Shown here piece by piece: positions 37,841 to 50,900 of a DNA stretch of 64,000 bases. Source of the DNA: Perna viridis (taxonomy: Eukaryota); the NCBI GenBank assembly GCA_037379345.1, contig CM074519.1:11738699-11802698 (forward strand), given 5' to 3'. Numbering within the stretch: position 1 is the stretch's first letter; each line of letters starts with the position of its first letter. The notes under the pieces were generated by a model. The model did not search any database, was not told the origin of the DNA, and saw only the letters and a program-made list of their open reading frames with translations. A program made the position numbers and the translations under genes.

Positions 37841-37923
37841 CATCTTCTTATTGATTTCATGGAAATGAATTTCACAGACTTTATCAACCACATCTTCATC
37901 TTCAAATGTGACAAAACCAAATC
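37841..37923 (-). CDS. msi: Musashi/Rbp6 exon, RRM2 RNP1 ([28 protein letters not shown])
   Basis: Acceptor cttttgttttag|, donor atg|gtaaga; near-identical to Musashi RRM2; 83 nt, phase 1 to 0. I did not find the upstream exons in the window. Confidence 0.97.
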
Positions 37924-40900
37924 CTAAAACAAAAGAGAGATATCAAGAAAAACACACATTGAAAGGTCATTATCCTGAAAGAAAAGGGACAAAACTCTTG
38001 ATAAAGGTCTGCTGCAAGTATGGAGGGAAGATTCAAATTAAACTATCTGACTGCACACGAAAATGATATACAACAAGTTTTTTTGATATTTTCAAATTAC
38101 CGGCACACTACAAAGATTGATTTACAATCCAAGGTATTTTTTACTCTCACTCTATCATGTTCATTACATGATTCTAAATATATTACATAACAAGTGTATG
38201 AGTATTTAAAAAGAGACAATGAATTCATGTACAAGAACAACACTATGGTGTTCGGCTATATTTATTCTTTTTTAGGTGAACTGTGTTCAATGATTCACAT
38301 GTTTCCAATATTTTATAACTTTTTATAAAACCAAATTTATCATTTCCCACTGAGAAACCACATGTACTTTACTACCCAGTAGTTTGTATTCTTTTTGTTT
38401 ATACTGATAATTATATATTCACTCAAATCATAAAACAAATTCTCAATTCAAACATAAAAATTATTATCTTTAAAGCCTTGAAACTAAGTAAATTTCATTA
38501 ATTTATTCTGTCTTTTCTCTTTTGTTCCAGAGAACAAATCACCATAGATATATAGATTGACGCTTTGAATATTTTGAATTCAGAACTAGGACTTGTTTCC
38601 TTTCAATAATCTAAACCCATTCTTACAGTCTTACAATACCTACTTCAGAAAGTCTTAAAATTTGTAAATATTTAAATATAACCGCTAGATCTAAGCAGTC
38701 AATCTTTCTTTTATTCTCGACCTCTTTCATGTCTTTGTTCAGCGGATGTCAATGTTTATTTGGTAAAACCCGTTGATAGTGATTTTAAAAGTTAAAGGCT
38801 TTCAAGACATTGAACAAGCAGTAGATGTTCAGACATGTTTGCTGAATTTATAGGAAAACAGTTTCAAAGAATCTGTGTTATTTTTATTGCTGTTTGTAAC
38901 ATGGAGGATACCATATAAATACAATCTTTATATACAATTGAAACATACCAGTAAATAATGAAATAATTAGTTGCTTTAAAAAAGTTAGAATTTCTAACAA
39001 AAGCTTAAATTTCCTTTGAATTATTCCTATAAAAGTTTTATATATGAAATGTGCCCTAAAATGTAAACTTTTTACATACACTTAAAACCATAAATATATT
39101 CATGTACAAAATCATAAAGTTGCTTAAAGACCATTAACATCCTTCCTATGAAATTTATGTGTCTATTGGTCTTTGAATGAAGTGCTACTTTAAATTTTTC
39201 AAGAGGCTATTCATTGCTACAATTGGCTATTTTAACTACTGTTGTAAATTTTCACTACTTGTGTGCGCATGGAACTGGTAAGATAGTAAATTAAATTAGC
39301 AAACAGAAATGAAGATATTTACACCTTGGACTTCTTTCCATCGATAAATGTCACATGTTTTCAATCTTATCTTTGCCTCAAAGTTACACATTTATTCTTT
39401 TTCAAGTATAATGTTAATAAGGTTTATAGTCAAAAGAAGACAATTGACATGCATATCCTTCTGTATCTTTCTGCATGTTTATTGCAGTGGGAATATTAGA
39501 TATTTCCAACTTCAATAGACATTAGACACCTGGACTAAATATTTGGACTCAGACATTGCTGTTCAATGTGACTTTATTTATACTTGCATCAATGTGTAAT
39601 TGAATGTTATTGTAACTTAGCTCAACTTGTATTTCTTTCTAGTTTAAAAATAATGTGTCCTCAATTATCATATCTACAACATGTTATTTTTTTATTTGTA
39701 TATGCAGATACTTGTAATTCAAAAATGTAACAAAGATAAAAATTAAAGTTTCATTTAGTTTCAAAAATATAGACTGATTCACAAAGAGCAAAGAAACAAA
39801 GAACCATTTCCACTGATTCCCTGTCTCCAGCCTTAGTTCTCTGTTAACTCAACATAACCAAATTACATCTGAAATTTAGTTTTTAGAACAAATCTATTTT
39901 GTTTAAGAATCTTTCATACAGTCCTAATTTACAAGCATGCAAGTAGATGTATATAGTTGTTTTGCCTACACAACTTGAACCAATACAGAAGATGGTCCAT
40001 TTACAGCCATGCAAACACAACATCTACTGAACAGTTCATTCTTCAGCAACTAATGTTATACAATATTTTTGTAAAGTGGTCAAAGGGAGATAACTCCTAG
40101 ATAGAATTTTCTACAATGTGATAATAGTTATAACATGCATTAAAATGATATTTTGATTTTTAGTAAATAAATAAAGATATTTATGATAAAAATAATTATT
40201 TCAATTATCTTAAAGAAGTGGTGTAAAAATTGAGTAGAAAATAAGAAATTGTAAGATTTCAAATATACCAAAAAGTGAAAATTATTTATGACCTAAGTGC
40301 AAAGAACCTTCCACCATATCTTAAACTATCTTCAGATATGACAGATTTTACTGCTACCTACTGGTGAAAAGTTCAGCAAAAATAGTTCAATAAGAAAATC
40401 CTACTTGAGCTAAAAATACTTTGTTTCCAATATAAAGACATAGTGACTACGTTTCCTTAAACTTCAGAGACAAAATAATATCATTATGTAGGAAACCTAG
40501 ACCATTCACTAAACGTAAAAGCTAGCCGTGTGCTAGACAATTGATTAAGATAATTCTAATGTCGCTAGCTACAGAGATGAGATATACCGATAAATTTCTG
40601 CCAAAATCCTCCATGAGGCATTATACAAGTCCTGAAAAATTCAAACAAATCATTGTAAAATTTTTATATGTTCTTCTACTCTATCAATAATTTTCGCTAC
40701 ATTTACTGAATAATGTACCTATTACAAGAATGTAACTTTTTTTTCAAAATCATGAAATCAAGAGAAACAACCAACAAAGGTGTAAATCAGCCGGGAAATA
40801 TTTACAATGGTATCTCCAACACATGTATCATGGAGACAGGGTTCCATATAATGTTAGGATACAAACAGATAGTCTCTTTGATCTCTCTCTAACAACCATC

Positions 40901-42869
40901 TTCCTTAACTAATGTTTAGTTACAAACAAGTATAAACACTTTCTTTCCCCATATTAACCACTATTTAAAAATATTTGTATCATTACTACAAATATTTATA
41001 GATTCATATCGTAACCTATGACTTTTATTTCTACAATTAGAGCCATAAAAATAATATTTAAACAGTGATCCCAAACAATAACTACCTTCCCACCAAGAAA
41101 TAAGTGGAAACCCCCAGTCAACAAAACACATCTTTTCCATCAATGTTTTGGTAACTAGAACAAAACAAAACATTTCAATTAGAGTTATCTCTCTTTGACC
41201 ACTAGATTATCAATTACAAATTGATAATGAAGGAACATCAAAATGACAGCACAAATCAATAATGGAATAAGAAGATAAGGAATATTGATACTAAAAACAG
41301 GCTAAATGTGTGAACAAAATGTAATTCCACACCATATCACATCCCAAGGGGCTGTAAAATCATAGGAATGGATGTCTTATACCATTGTATATTACAGCCT
41401 GTCAAAGAAAGTATAACAATGGAATATATATGAAAATTAACAGATGATTTAAATCAATTTCTCCCCATCTTAAACCTACTACAAGGAAGTATTACAATTC
41501 TACAGTTATATAACTAATAATAGCTGCTTACAAGTATGCTTAAATCTCAAGAACTTTTTCTACGATCAAGAATAACTTAATGTAGTTAGGAGAAGTAACA
41601 CACAACACCTAAACAGTGTAATACCTAAAATATTGCATTGTAAATGGAAAAATCATTGTCAAAATATCTCCTTCCACAGAACCAGTATTGTGACATCTCA
41701 TCAGACAGACTTGATTAAATTCCTACTTGATTATCTGCCTATCAGCTAGTATTGAAAAATGACAATTAGATGTCAACTTCACCACTTCAAAATTACTAAA
41801 CACAGATAACATTTGGCCTTATATATTTATTGGAACATTCTCCTTCTAATATCACAATATTGCCCTAGTATGCTTGAAGCTATTTATCACAATACTTAGA
41901 AAAATACCAAAAGATTCAATAAATCCACATTCTGCGGAAATTCTCCTGTTAACATCCCACGTAGAAATCTTCCTAGACTCGTCATCATAATTGATTTCTT
42001 ATTTAATTCGCGGCAGATCATAAAGTCACCATGTGTCAAACCGTACAACAACTAGGAAGAAAAAAACTCTTAGACGTTGATTCGTTTGATCTTATGTGAG
42101 ATCTGCTTATTATGGAGCAAATGACCTAAAAGACACAAAGAATGATATTTTTCAAATGTCAAATGTCACTTCGCTAAGAAATGATGTCAGTTCATCAATA
42201 TCAATTGAAAGGATTTTTTTTTCTGTTCCTATCTGTTAGCAACAATAGAGACACTTAACAAATGATCTATTTTCAATTCACAATAAAAATACTGATAAGA
42301 ACTCATTTGCATACTAAACCCTCTGAATTCAAAACAAAATCAGAAATATCAAACTTCTTACAAACTTATTAGACCTGAATACCAAAAAAAACCTAAGACA
42401 AAATTATCAGAAAGTTGGAATGACACATTTGAAATCATATACTGCACAATTAATCATAAGACTATTTCATAAAACATGTAACCATAACAACCATGTTAAG
42501 CGACAAACAATTCCTTGATCATATTTATGTAAACATTTGGGCCTAAAACATGTAAACAACCCAATCAAACAACATTTAACTACTTCTACAAAAACAAATA
42601 AATCTCTGGAAAGCCTAATTAAAACTATTAAAAAATTCCCTGTTTGGTTTGGACAAGGGCAATCAGCATTTGGTTTGGACAAGGTCAATCAGTCAGCCAT
42701 TTTTCAAGCACTCTGGCTTTGATCCTTTAATTGTATATTTGTGTGCCTACTGCATATCACAGAAAGAACTTTGTGAGATATTTAGAGATTTGTAGAAAAC
42801 AAGATCTTGCCACAAGGCCAGTAAATAAAGGAAAGTTTAATAACTGGCTCTATTTTATGAGCAGATGCT

Positions 42870-43154
42870 AATAACAAGTATGGTGAAACCTAGGTAAAAC
42901 GAACCCCTGGAATAACAAGTATGGTGATCCTAGGTAAAACAAACCCCTGGAATAACAAGTATGGTGATCCTAGGTAAAACGAACCCCAGGAATAACAAGT
43001 ATGGTGAAACCTAGATAAAATGAACACCTGGACTAACAAGTATGGTGAAACCTAGGTAAAACGAACCCCTGGAATAACAAGTATGGTGAAACCTAGCTTA
43101 AACGAACCCCTAGAATAACAAGTATGGTGAAACCTAGCTTAAACGAACCCCTGG
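42870..43154. repeat. 40-41 bp minisatellite x7
   Basis: aataacaagtatggtgaaacctaggtaaaacgaacccctgg units at 42870, 42911, 42951, 42991, 43032, 43073 and 43114. Confidence 0.93.
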
Positions 43155-45656
43155 ACTGTAGAAAATCTTTGGTTGAGACAAGAGTTTCAACATAAACTAC
43201 TATAAAGGGACTTAATATCAACAACAAAAAAATTAAATACCAAAGCATCAGCAGAGGGTTAATTTAAAGACAGCAAAATCCCAAAACATGGCCTAAATGT
43301 GCACAAGAAAAAGAGACGATCTACATATGTAGCAAACCAAATAAAATAGATTACACATAAAAACTGAAGACACCAGTTATTATCAAGAAATCACACTAAA
43401 AACTAAATAACGTCTTCATTGCATTGACAGAAATTAAGGCAAGCTGTTCTCAATTGAACATCTCCTTTCCTATAAGATATAACTTATATCTGAAAAAAAG
43501 TACCAAAACAGTATTGTCCTTACAGAATATTTCGTGTTTTAAAGCTTTACCTTCCACAAAATTCAAGTCTTATCTAAACCAATAAAGCAAACCCTGGACA
43601 TGTTGATGTGAAGGCTTCAATGAAGTTATGTTTTGAATCATGCCAACTTAATGATTGAAGTGCTTTGATACAAGTTCCTGCCCATGCCCTGTGGCTCATC
43701 AGTGCAAAATTCTCAAATTATCTCACCTTCCTGTCTTCAAATGAAGTTTATTTTACTAAATCAAAATTAGATCTGACACAGGTGCAATCAAGATGTATCA
43801 AACCTCATAAATATACAAAAATCTTGAATAAATAAATCATGCAAATGAAACAAAATCTCCAAGTCATTATTCAAGTCTGAAACAACAAGAATAACACTTA
43901 AAATGATAAGACTCTAGTTATTTCTGGAGAGCAACTCAAACGCACCCAGTGTGAAGTCTATCAAACGCACCTTAAACATGCAGCAACATTTCTTATCAAA
44001 TTATAATATCATAATGGATGATGTTTGTGAAGTAGGTCATTAATTCAGTATCTTTTCCTCTTGTCTGCTTGATGGATTTGTCTGATAAATATGAAATTTT
44101 AGATTCTACAGGCTCTGCCATATATGGTTGAAAACTGGCAAATGTGATATAATATCTCTCTTTAAGCTTAACAGCCACGACTTCAAAGATACATAAATTC
44201 ATAACAGATTTTAATTACTTGATAAGTGAAAATTTTATTGACAGACAAATGCACTGAACATGTTAAACAAAAAATTCACATGATTATTGTTCTGGTACAA
44301 GAATGTGAGGACCAGCCAAAGGTCTTGAATAAATTCAGGCCTTTGATGAGTAAACTTCAGGTATGTGAGGCCAGAGTAAAATAGACAACAGTCTCAAATC
44401 AATAATTGAGGGCTAAGAATAGGGCAGATTCAACTCCTAAAACTTGTCAAAATTCATCCAGTATGGCAAAAAGAAATTGTCAGGCATTTCTTTGGGAATA
44501 TTTATGCACCAATCAGAAAACAATGTATTAATAGCCAAGATAATTACAGAATATTTATCCCATTATTGAAAAAGTGCATGTCACCTAAACAAACTTGGTT
44601 CTACAATTAAGATTCCTAATTCTGTTTACACATGGAGTAATGAACAAAATTACTCCACTAATACTACAAGAATTACTCCACTAATACTACGACAGTTTTC
44701 TATTTACTATTGCAATTAGTTATTTTGTCTCCTTCTTCTGTAATTAGCACAAATTGGTGATATAATTAGAGATCAGTCACCCCTCCATGCATAAAATGCA
44801 GAAAACATCACAAGTCATCAAGGGAAAATTATTTATTTTGTAATTACGATAGCATTACAGTTTGTTCTAGTCTATAGAAAAATTGATGTCACCAAATGTT
44901 AACAGTACAAGACAGATTTAATAACAAGTACCCATTACTAATCTATTCCAGGTAGGCAAATCAATTTACACATTCTAAGAAATTACACTTACTTTAGAGT
45001 GCATGCATAAGAATTCAGTACTTTGTAGAAAGCTAGAAAGTATATTTAACTAGACAAAGGAAGTAACAAAAAAATATTCTTGCTAATTGTTTGATAAGAT
45101 TTTTTTTCTTCAGAGAACAGAAGTCAACACTTCCAGTTAGTGATTCTAATGAAATTTCTCAGCTACCAAACTGTAATTCCATGACTCAGACATCCTGCCC
45201 TGAACCCCCTTGAACCCTTAAAGATGTGATGAAGATGCCAGTAAAAAATATTCCAGATAAAATTCTTATCATTCAAGATAAGGAAAATCCATCTTATCAA
45301 CAAGAAACTTAGGCAAAACTGATAAAACTTGGCATTTTTTTTTCTGATAGCACCCAATAAATAAGCATAGAGATTTTCCCCAAAGATAAATGCTTAAGAT
45401 CATAAAAAAATTATCAGAACATCATTAAAACTCCATGATGAAATTTTAATGTTTATTCTATTTTATTTTATTGTCTATCAAAATTGTAAGTAAGCTGGTG
45501 AATATTTATATAATTGGATTTTATAGTTATCTAAAATTGAGATGTACCAAGTAGTCAAAACTCTAAAATAGATAATGCTTCATATTCTCTTACCAAAATA
45601 ACACATGAAAGATTGAAATAGAAAGAGTACTTGTGTCCTTTGCTTTAAAAATTTTA

Positions 45657-46173
45657 AAAGGAATAGGTTCTGTAAGGTCCTATTTTGGCCCCAGTATTCA
45701 ACGTTTTGGAATGACTTGTTTTGGTCTATACTTATAAGTTTCTTTTAAAGGATAATGGATGTAATAAATACCTCTCAGTCAATTTTCGTGACATAAGGAA
45801 GTTTTTGACCTAATAGTGGTCAAAATTAACACATATTAGCGAAATCCTAAATTCTGTCACATTTTTGCACATATTTTCGGATGTTTTTTGTCTAATTTGT
45901 CTAAAATATTTACATATATGTTGTATCTTACAATATTCTGCAATGTATATAAAGATCAAGAATGAACATGCATGCTTCCACATTTGTTTTTCATAAATCC
46001 CGTCAAAAATATGCAGAAATTTTGAGACTTATATGGATTTTTCGTCATTAAGGCAATTTTGTTGGTGCTACAATGAAGAGATGTTTTTTTCTGTTTTTTC
46101 CTATATCTAATCAAACTAGCTGGTGTAAACACTTATGTGTACAAAAACAATAAAACTCTGAACCTTCTCCTTT
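45657..46173. mobile_element. Degenerate Kolobok-like non-autonomous DNA element
   Basis: aaaggaataggttc at 45657 and gaaccttctccttt at 46160-46173 form an imperfect TIR with TTAA-like flanks. Confidence 0.45.
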
Positions 46174-47881
46174 ATTAGAGTTGGCACTACTCCTGTATTT
46201 TTCTCATTACTATATGCCATGAACACAAATTGAATATCCTCTTTAAATGCATAGCATAATTTCAATAAGTTATAATGAGAATAGGTATGGTGTAGATGTC
46301 AAAAAGACAACAACCCTATCAGGATGAAAATATCCATTGATCTTCAATGAATGAGGAAATCCTCATATCACAAATCAGGCTGCATCTGGCCCCAAAATAT
46401 TATACTATACAGGTACATAGTACAGTCTTCTTCTAACATAATAATACATGTACTTTCGATTTGCATAATTTGGTAGGTTTTTGATTCACCTTATTACATT
46501 TTCTTTGTTGGGGGAGGAAATTTTTGTCTGTGTACAAATTTCTCCCTTTTCTGTTTAGTAGAAAAGACAATCCATAAATATTCCTTCTGAACATATCTGA
46601 CAGTTCAAAAACCTTTCCAGTCCATTTGAACTATAAAAAAAGTTATCTGCCAAAATTTCAAAAACATTTTAGATCATCAACACTCCCAATAAATTTTTAT
46701 CACTATTGTTCTACAACATTTCCATCCATTAGTTCTGGCGCAGTAACTGAAGTAGGTAGATCAGTAAAAAATGATGACATGTAAGCATCAGAGCAATGAA
46801 CAAAGCATTTTACTTCCATTAGAGTTAGCGGCTCATTAGTACAGAGACTGTCCAGAAAACAGTCTGCCATCTTGCCATGCACAAAACCATGACCTCCAAC
46901 TCATGAGTGATGACATTGTAACCTTGGATGATTAAAGCAAAAAGAAGTCAAGCAAACTGTCTGACCTCCAACTCATGAAAATCAAAATCCTTTCCTTGGA
47001 CAATTTAAAAAGCAAAAAGAAGTCAGGAGAAATATCTTACGCCCAATTCATTGTATCACTGTCATAGTTAATGGTATATTTGATAAAAAATTCTTTTCAT
47101 TTCAGTTTGTCAGTAGAAATATCTAATGGTGTTAAAAGTTCATTTATAGATTTACAACCATTTCACTCCAGTGCAAAATATTTTCCCAACAAAATAACAT
47201 GTATACAACTTCTTGTTCTGTAAATATAAAAACACTTTGAAGTATGAAGACAGTAGCCTACACAGAAAGGAATCAAAATTTTTTATCTAACTATTTTAAA
47301 AGCATTCAATGTCATCTCGTTCTAAAAGATCCTATGTGATGTCATCCTTCTCTTATTCAATAACAGGAACAAACGCATTCAATCTTTTATTCATCCCCAA
47401 AGACAGCAAGTAATAACATAGAAAATGACAGAATTATCCCCATATCTGATTATTTACAGACTTAAACAATTACCAATAATTGTTTTATTATCTCCACTGA
47501 CGGTCATTCTTCTCAAAGAAGGAAATAAATGCTTCATCTTACATTAGGAATATTTGACTAGCCTAATAAAGCATGTTTTTCTGGACCATAAAAATTTACA
47601 AAAAAAGTATAGATTCTAATGACAACCACATTTCTTCCTTTAAAAAGTAGAAAATAGCCTAATTAATTAACATTTTATTGAATTTAGGTATAATTCCATG
47701 AAAAAAAATGATTTTGACCTTTAGTCTTAATGCTCTAGATTCCGACATTATTAAAAGCTTATTTCTTGAAAACACAGCCAAGCAAGAACTATACCACCAA
47801 CAGTTCAATTTTAGAATTAATTACAAAATTGACAAACTGAAACACATTTTCATATTTTCAATACATTACTAAAAGAGGCTT

Positions 47882-47961
47882 AACATTACATATATATATA
47901 TGTTGTTTTTTGTGCAGAAGAACATTACATATATATATATATGTTGTTTTTTGTGCAGAAG
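47882..47961. repeat. Tandem duplication (~39-41 bp x2) containing (TA)n
   Basis: aacattacatatatatatatgttgttttttgtgcagaag occurs twice. Confidence 0.85.
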
Positions 47962-50900
47962 TTCATTGTACTAGAAAATAAAGAAACCAACTCAAAACTT
48001 GGTAAAGTTTTTACAATTTATTATACAGATGACTAAAGAATGAAAGACTTGTAACAAAATACTCAATGCATTCAACTTACTCAAATTCAATTCTGTTTAA
48101 ATGGAAAAAGTAGAGAGATGATGCATAAATAGAGTAAATCTTAAGCAAATCAACTAGTTGATCCAAAGGTCAGTTTACAAGTATTTCCTTTGGCATACTA
48201 GTCAAAGTTAAAGAATGCAGCTTGTTTATATAAGTGAACCGCTATAACAATCAAGAACAAAAACCCTGACTTCCTATTGCCTTTACTATTTCATCAGATT
48301 CATATACTCAAAAAAACACAATAAAAGACATAAGCACATCATTAGCAATTTCAATGTTTATTTAGCCCGAAGAGGGTTTACATGTTCCAAGAAGTAGTGT
48401 CTTTGTAGTTTCTTAAAATTGGCTCTTAAAATGCTTTTTTGTATATACGAGGGCTTTCAGCAGATCGTTTATGAAAGAGTACTCTACTTAGCAGCACTGC
48501 CTCTGCTTGACAAATTTACTTAAACTGAACTGCTCCGGAAGTTCACTACATCCCCACGAGCCAAACACATGGTGCTATCCAAACAAAGCAAAATATATAA
48601 TAACTTGCAGATTCTCAAAGAGATATCTAACTCATCACAAAAATGCTTCTCATTTATATAAATAGTATAACAATAGCTCACTTCAAGATTTTTTTGTGGA
48701 AAGATTTTTTGCAGACATTCCATATGTTTATTGGCAAAGGTATTTATAAATGTACATGTACTTCTGTAATGGTTAGAAATAAACTAAAAGACCTTTCTTT
48801 TTCAAACATTAAAGGAAAGAATTCTAGTCCATTTTAATTTACCCATGACCTCTGTTTTAGTGCACTTAAAATTCTCTCAATTCAAGTAAATGTCGTAAAG
48901 AAATTGAAAGTTTCGATTTTAATTTAATACTGAATAATTCCTCAACATAGTTCTTTTTTCAATGAAAGGTTTCTAAATAATTCTCACATAATAAAATAAC
49001 AGCCAATGCTCTTTGAAGAACAACTAATAAACGATTTAAGAGTTCATAAGAGCAAAATTGAACATTTCATTATAAGTTAAAAGAGCATCCTGAAAAGATG
49101 TTCAGTTTCATTCCACTGACTCCACAAACTCAACAATGTTAAAAACAAAGAAATGTGCAACTATACTATAATACTTTCATAATTGAAACATGGCACTGCT
49201 ATTGTGCAATTGCATGCAACTGCACATAATAAATAATGAGATGTGTAAATACCTAGCCACAAATATTCATCTATGACCCTATATACAAGTGCAATAAATC
49301 GCTTTCCCATAATGCATTCTGTCGGAGCAATTTGTCATGTGGAAGCTTCTACACAATGCTATGAATTGATATTAAGAATTCTTGGGTTAATAAGAGAAAT
49401 CAAGGGTTTAATAGAAACTCATTTCTCATTTATTGTGCCATCATTTTTTTATACTTTATACCACTTTACTATGGAAACTGACATACATTCAGTACTAGGA
49501 AGTTCACACTCTAAGGGTAGATAACTCTAATCATACAACTGTCTACAGTTCTCTTGAAGTCAATGAAATATTGGCCACCTCTGAAGATTAAGAACTAACA
49601 ATGATCCCATATTATTTATAAGAAAATGTGTTTATTATGACTAAAAGTCAAGGAAGTTTACTTAAGAACAACAGCCATCATATGGAGGGGAATGTCTGAA
49701 TCTCTTCAGAGAAAACATAAAACCAGGAGCACAGTCCTGACCTCATTAGCCATGTACTTTAAAATGAATGTTCTGGCAGTAAAATCAGAAACAATTAAAA
49801 AATTTTTTAGTTATACACAATATTCTGGCCTACAACAAACAAAGTTTCAGAGAAGTTTTACTGTACAGTTCAACAGCATATTTGGATTACACATCAAGGT
49901 TAATGCTCTGCATTTTAAAGCAGCAAATCATTGGTTTTTTTCTAAAAACCAAATGACTTTTCCATGATGTAAGCAAAAAGAAAAGCACCTCATCTGCCAA
50001 GAGATTCTAACAGAGATGAAATCAATTTCTTGTCTATTTTTATCACTCGATTTATCATAAAATCTTCATGTTTTTTAACGATAATTCAGCCCTGTTCATC
50101 ATTCTCATCGAGTTTTGTGTAGATTGTACCTCCATCTCTAGAGAGCAGCGTCTAGAACCAAATTACAAACTATCAAATCTAAGCAATAGGAAGTCACAAC
50201 ATTAATATTTATCGCACATGAGGTAGATATTTTTATCTGAAAAGGATAAATTTATATGTTCTTTGAGAACATCAGTTTTACAATCTGAAATAATCTCTAA
50301 AGTCTGCATTCAATTTTACAGCTGCCAGGAGAGTGTGTCATTATCTTGTTTCTTATATAAGATCTCTTTTAATGTTTCATTTTTTTAAAAGAAAGAAATT
50401 TATGACTTCTTAAAAGATGAAAATGTCTTAAAAGTAGAGCAGTATTGTCATTAGGGATTTTAGTGCATGGCTTTTTAAATCAGTTCTTTTGGTGTAGGAG
50501 GCACTATTATGATTTTATATGATATATGGAACCGATTTGATTTCATATGATGTAAGGAACTATAGATTTTAATCATGAGTCTGTCCTATTACATAAATGT
50601 AAAAGAAAATGACAATTATAAAATTTATTTGAAGAGAAGTAACCAAACACTAATAAGACAAAAAGTTAAATCTACAAACACAAAAAAAAACTTGTGTACA
50701 ACTTTGAACACAAATCTAAAGTTAATAGTTTAAGATTCAATTAACTTATGATATCAAGTAAAATGTTTTCCTAGTCCCATTAAATGCCCAAAGATAATTC
50801 TATTTTCTTCATTGCAGGAACCTTTAAATCTTGGGACCTAATTCTCAGAAGTACTAACAAATACTAAAGATGTCTCTTAGAAAAAAACCAATACCATAGT

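Noticed and set aside
42870-43154. CRISPR-like regular repeats (also 10147-10350, 25372-25503, 55684-55895)
   Set aside because: Head-to-tail units without unique spacers, no cas genes, eukaryotic context.
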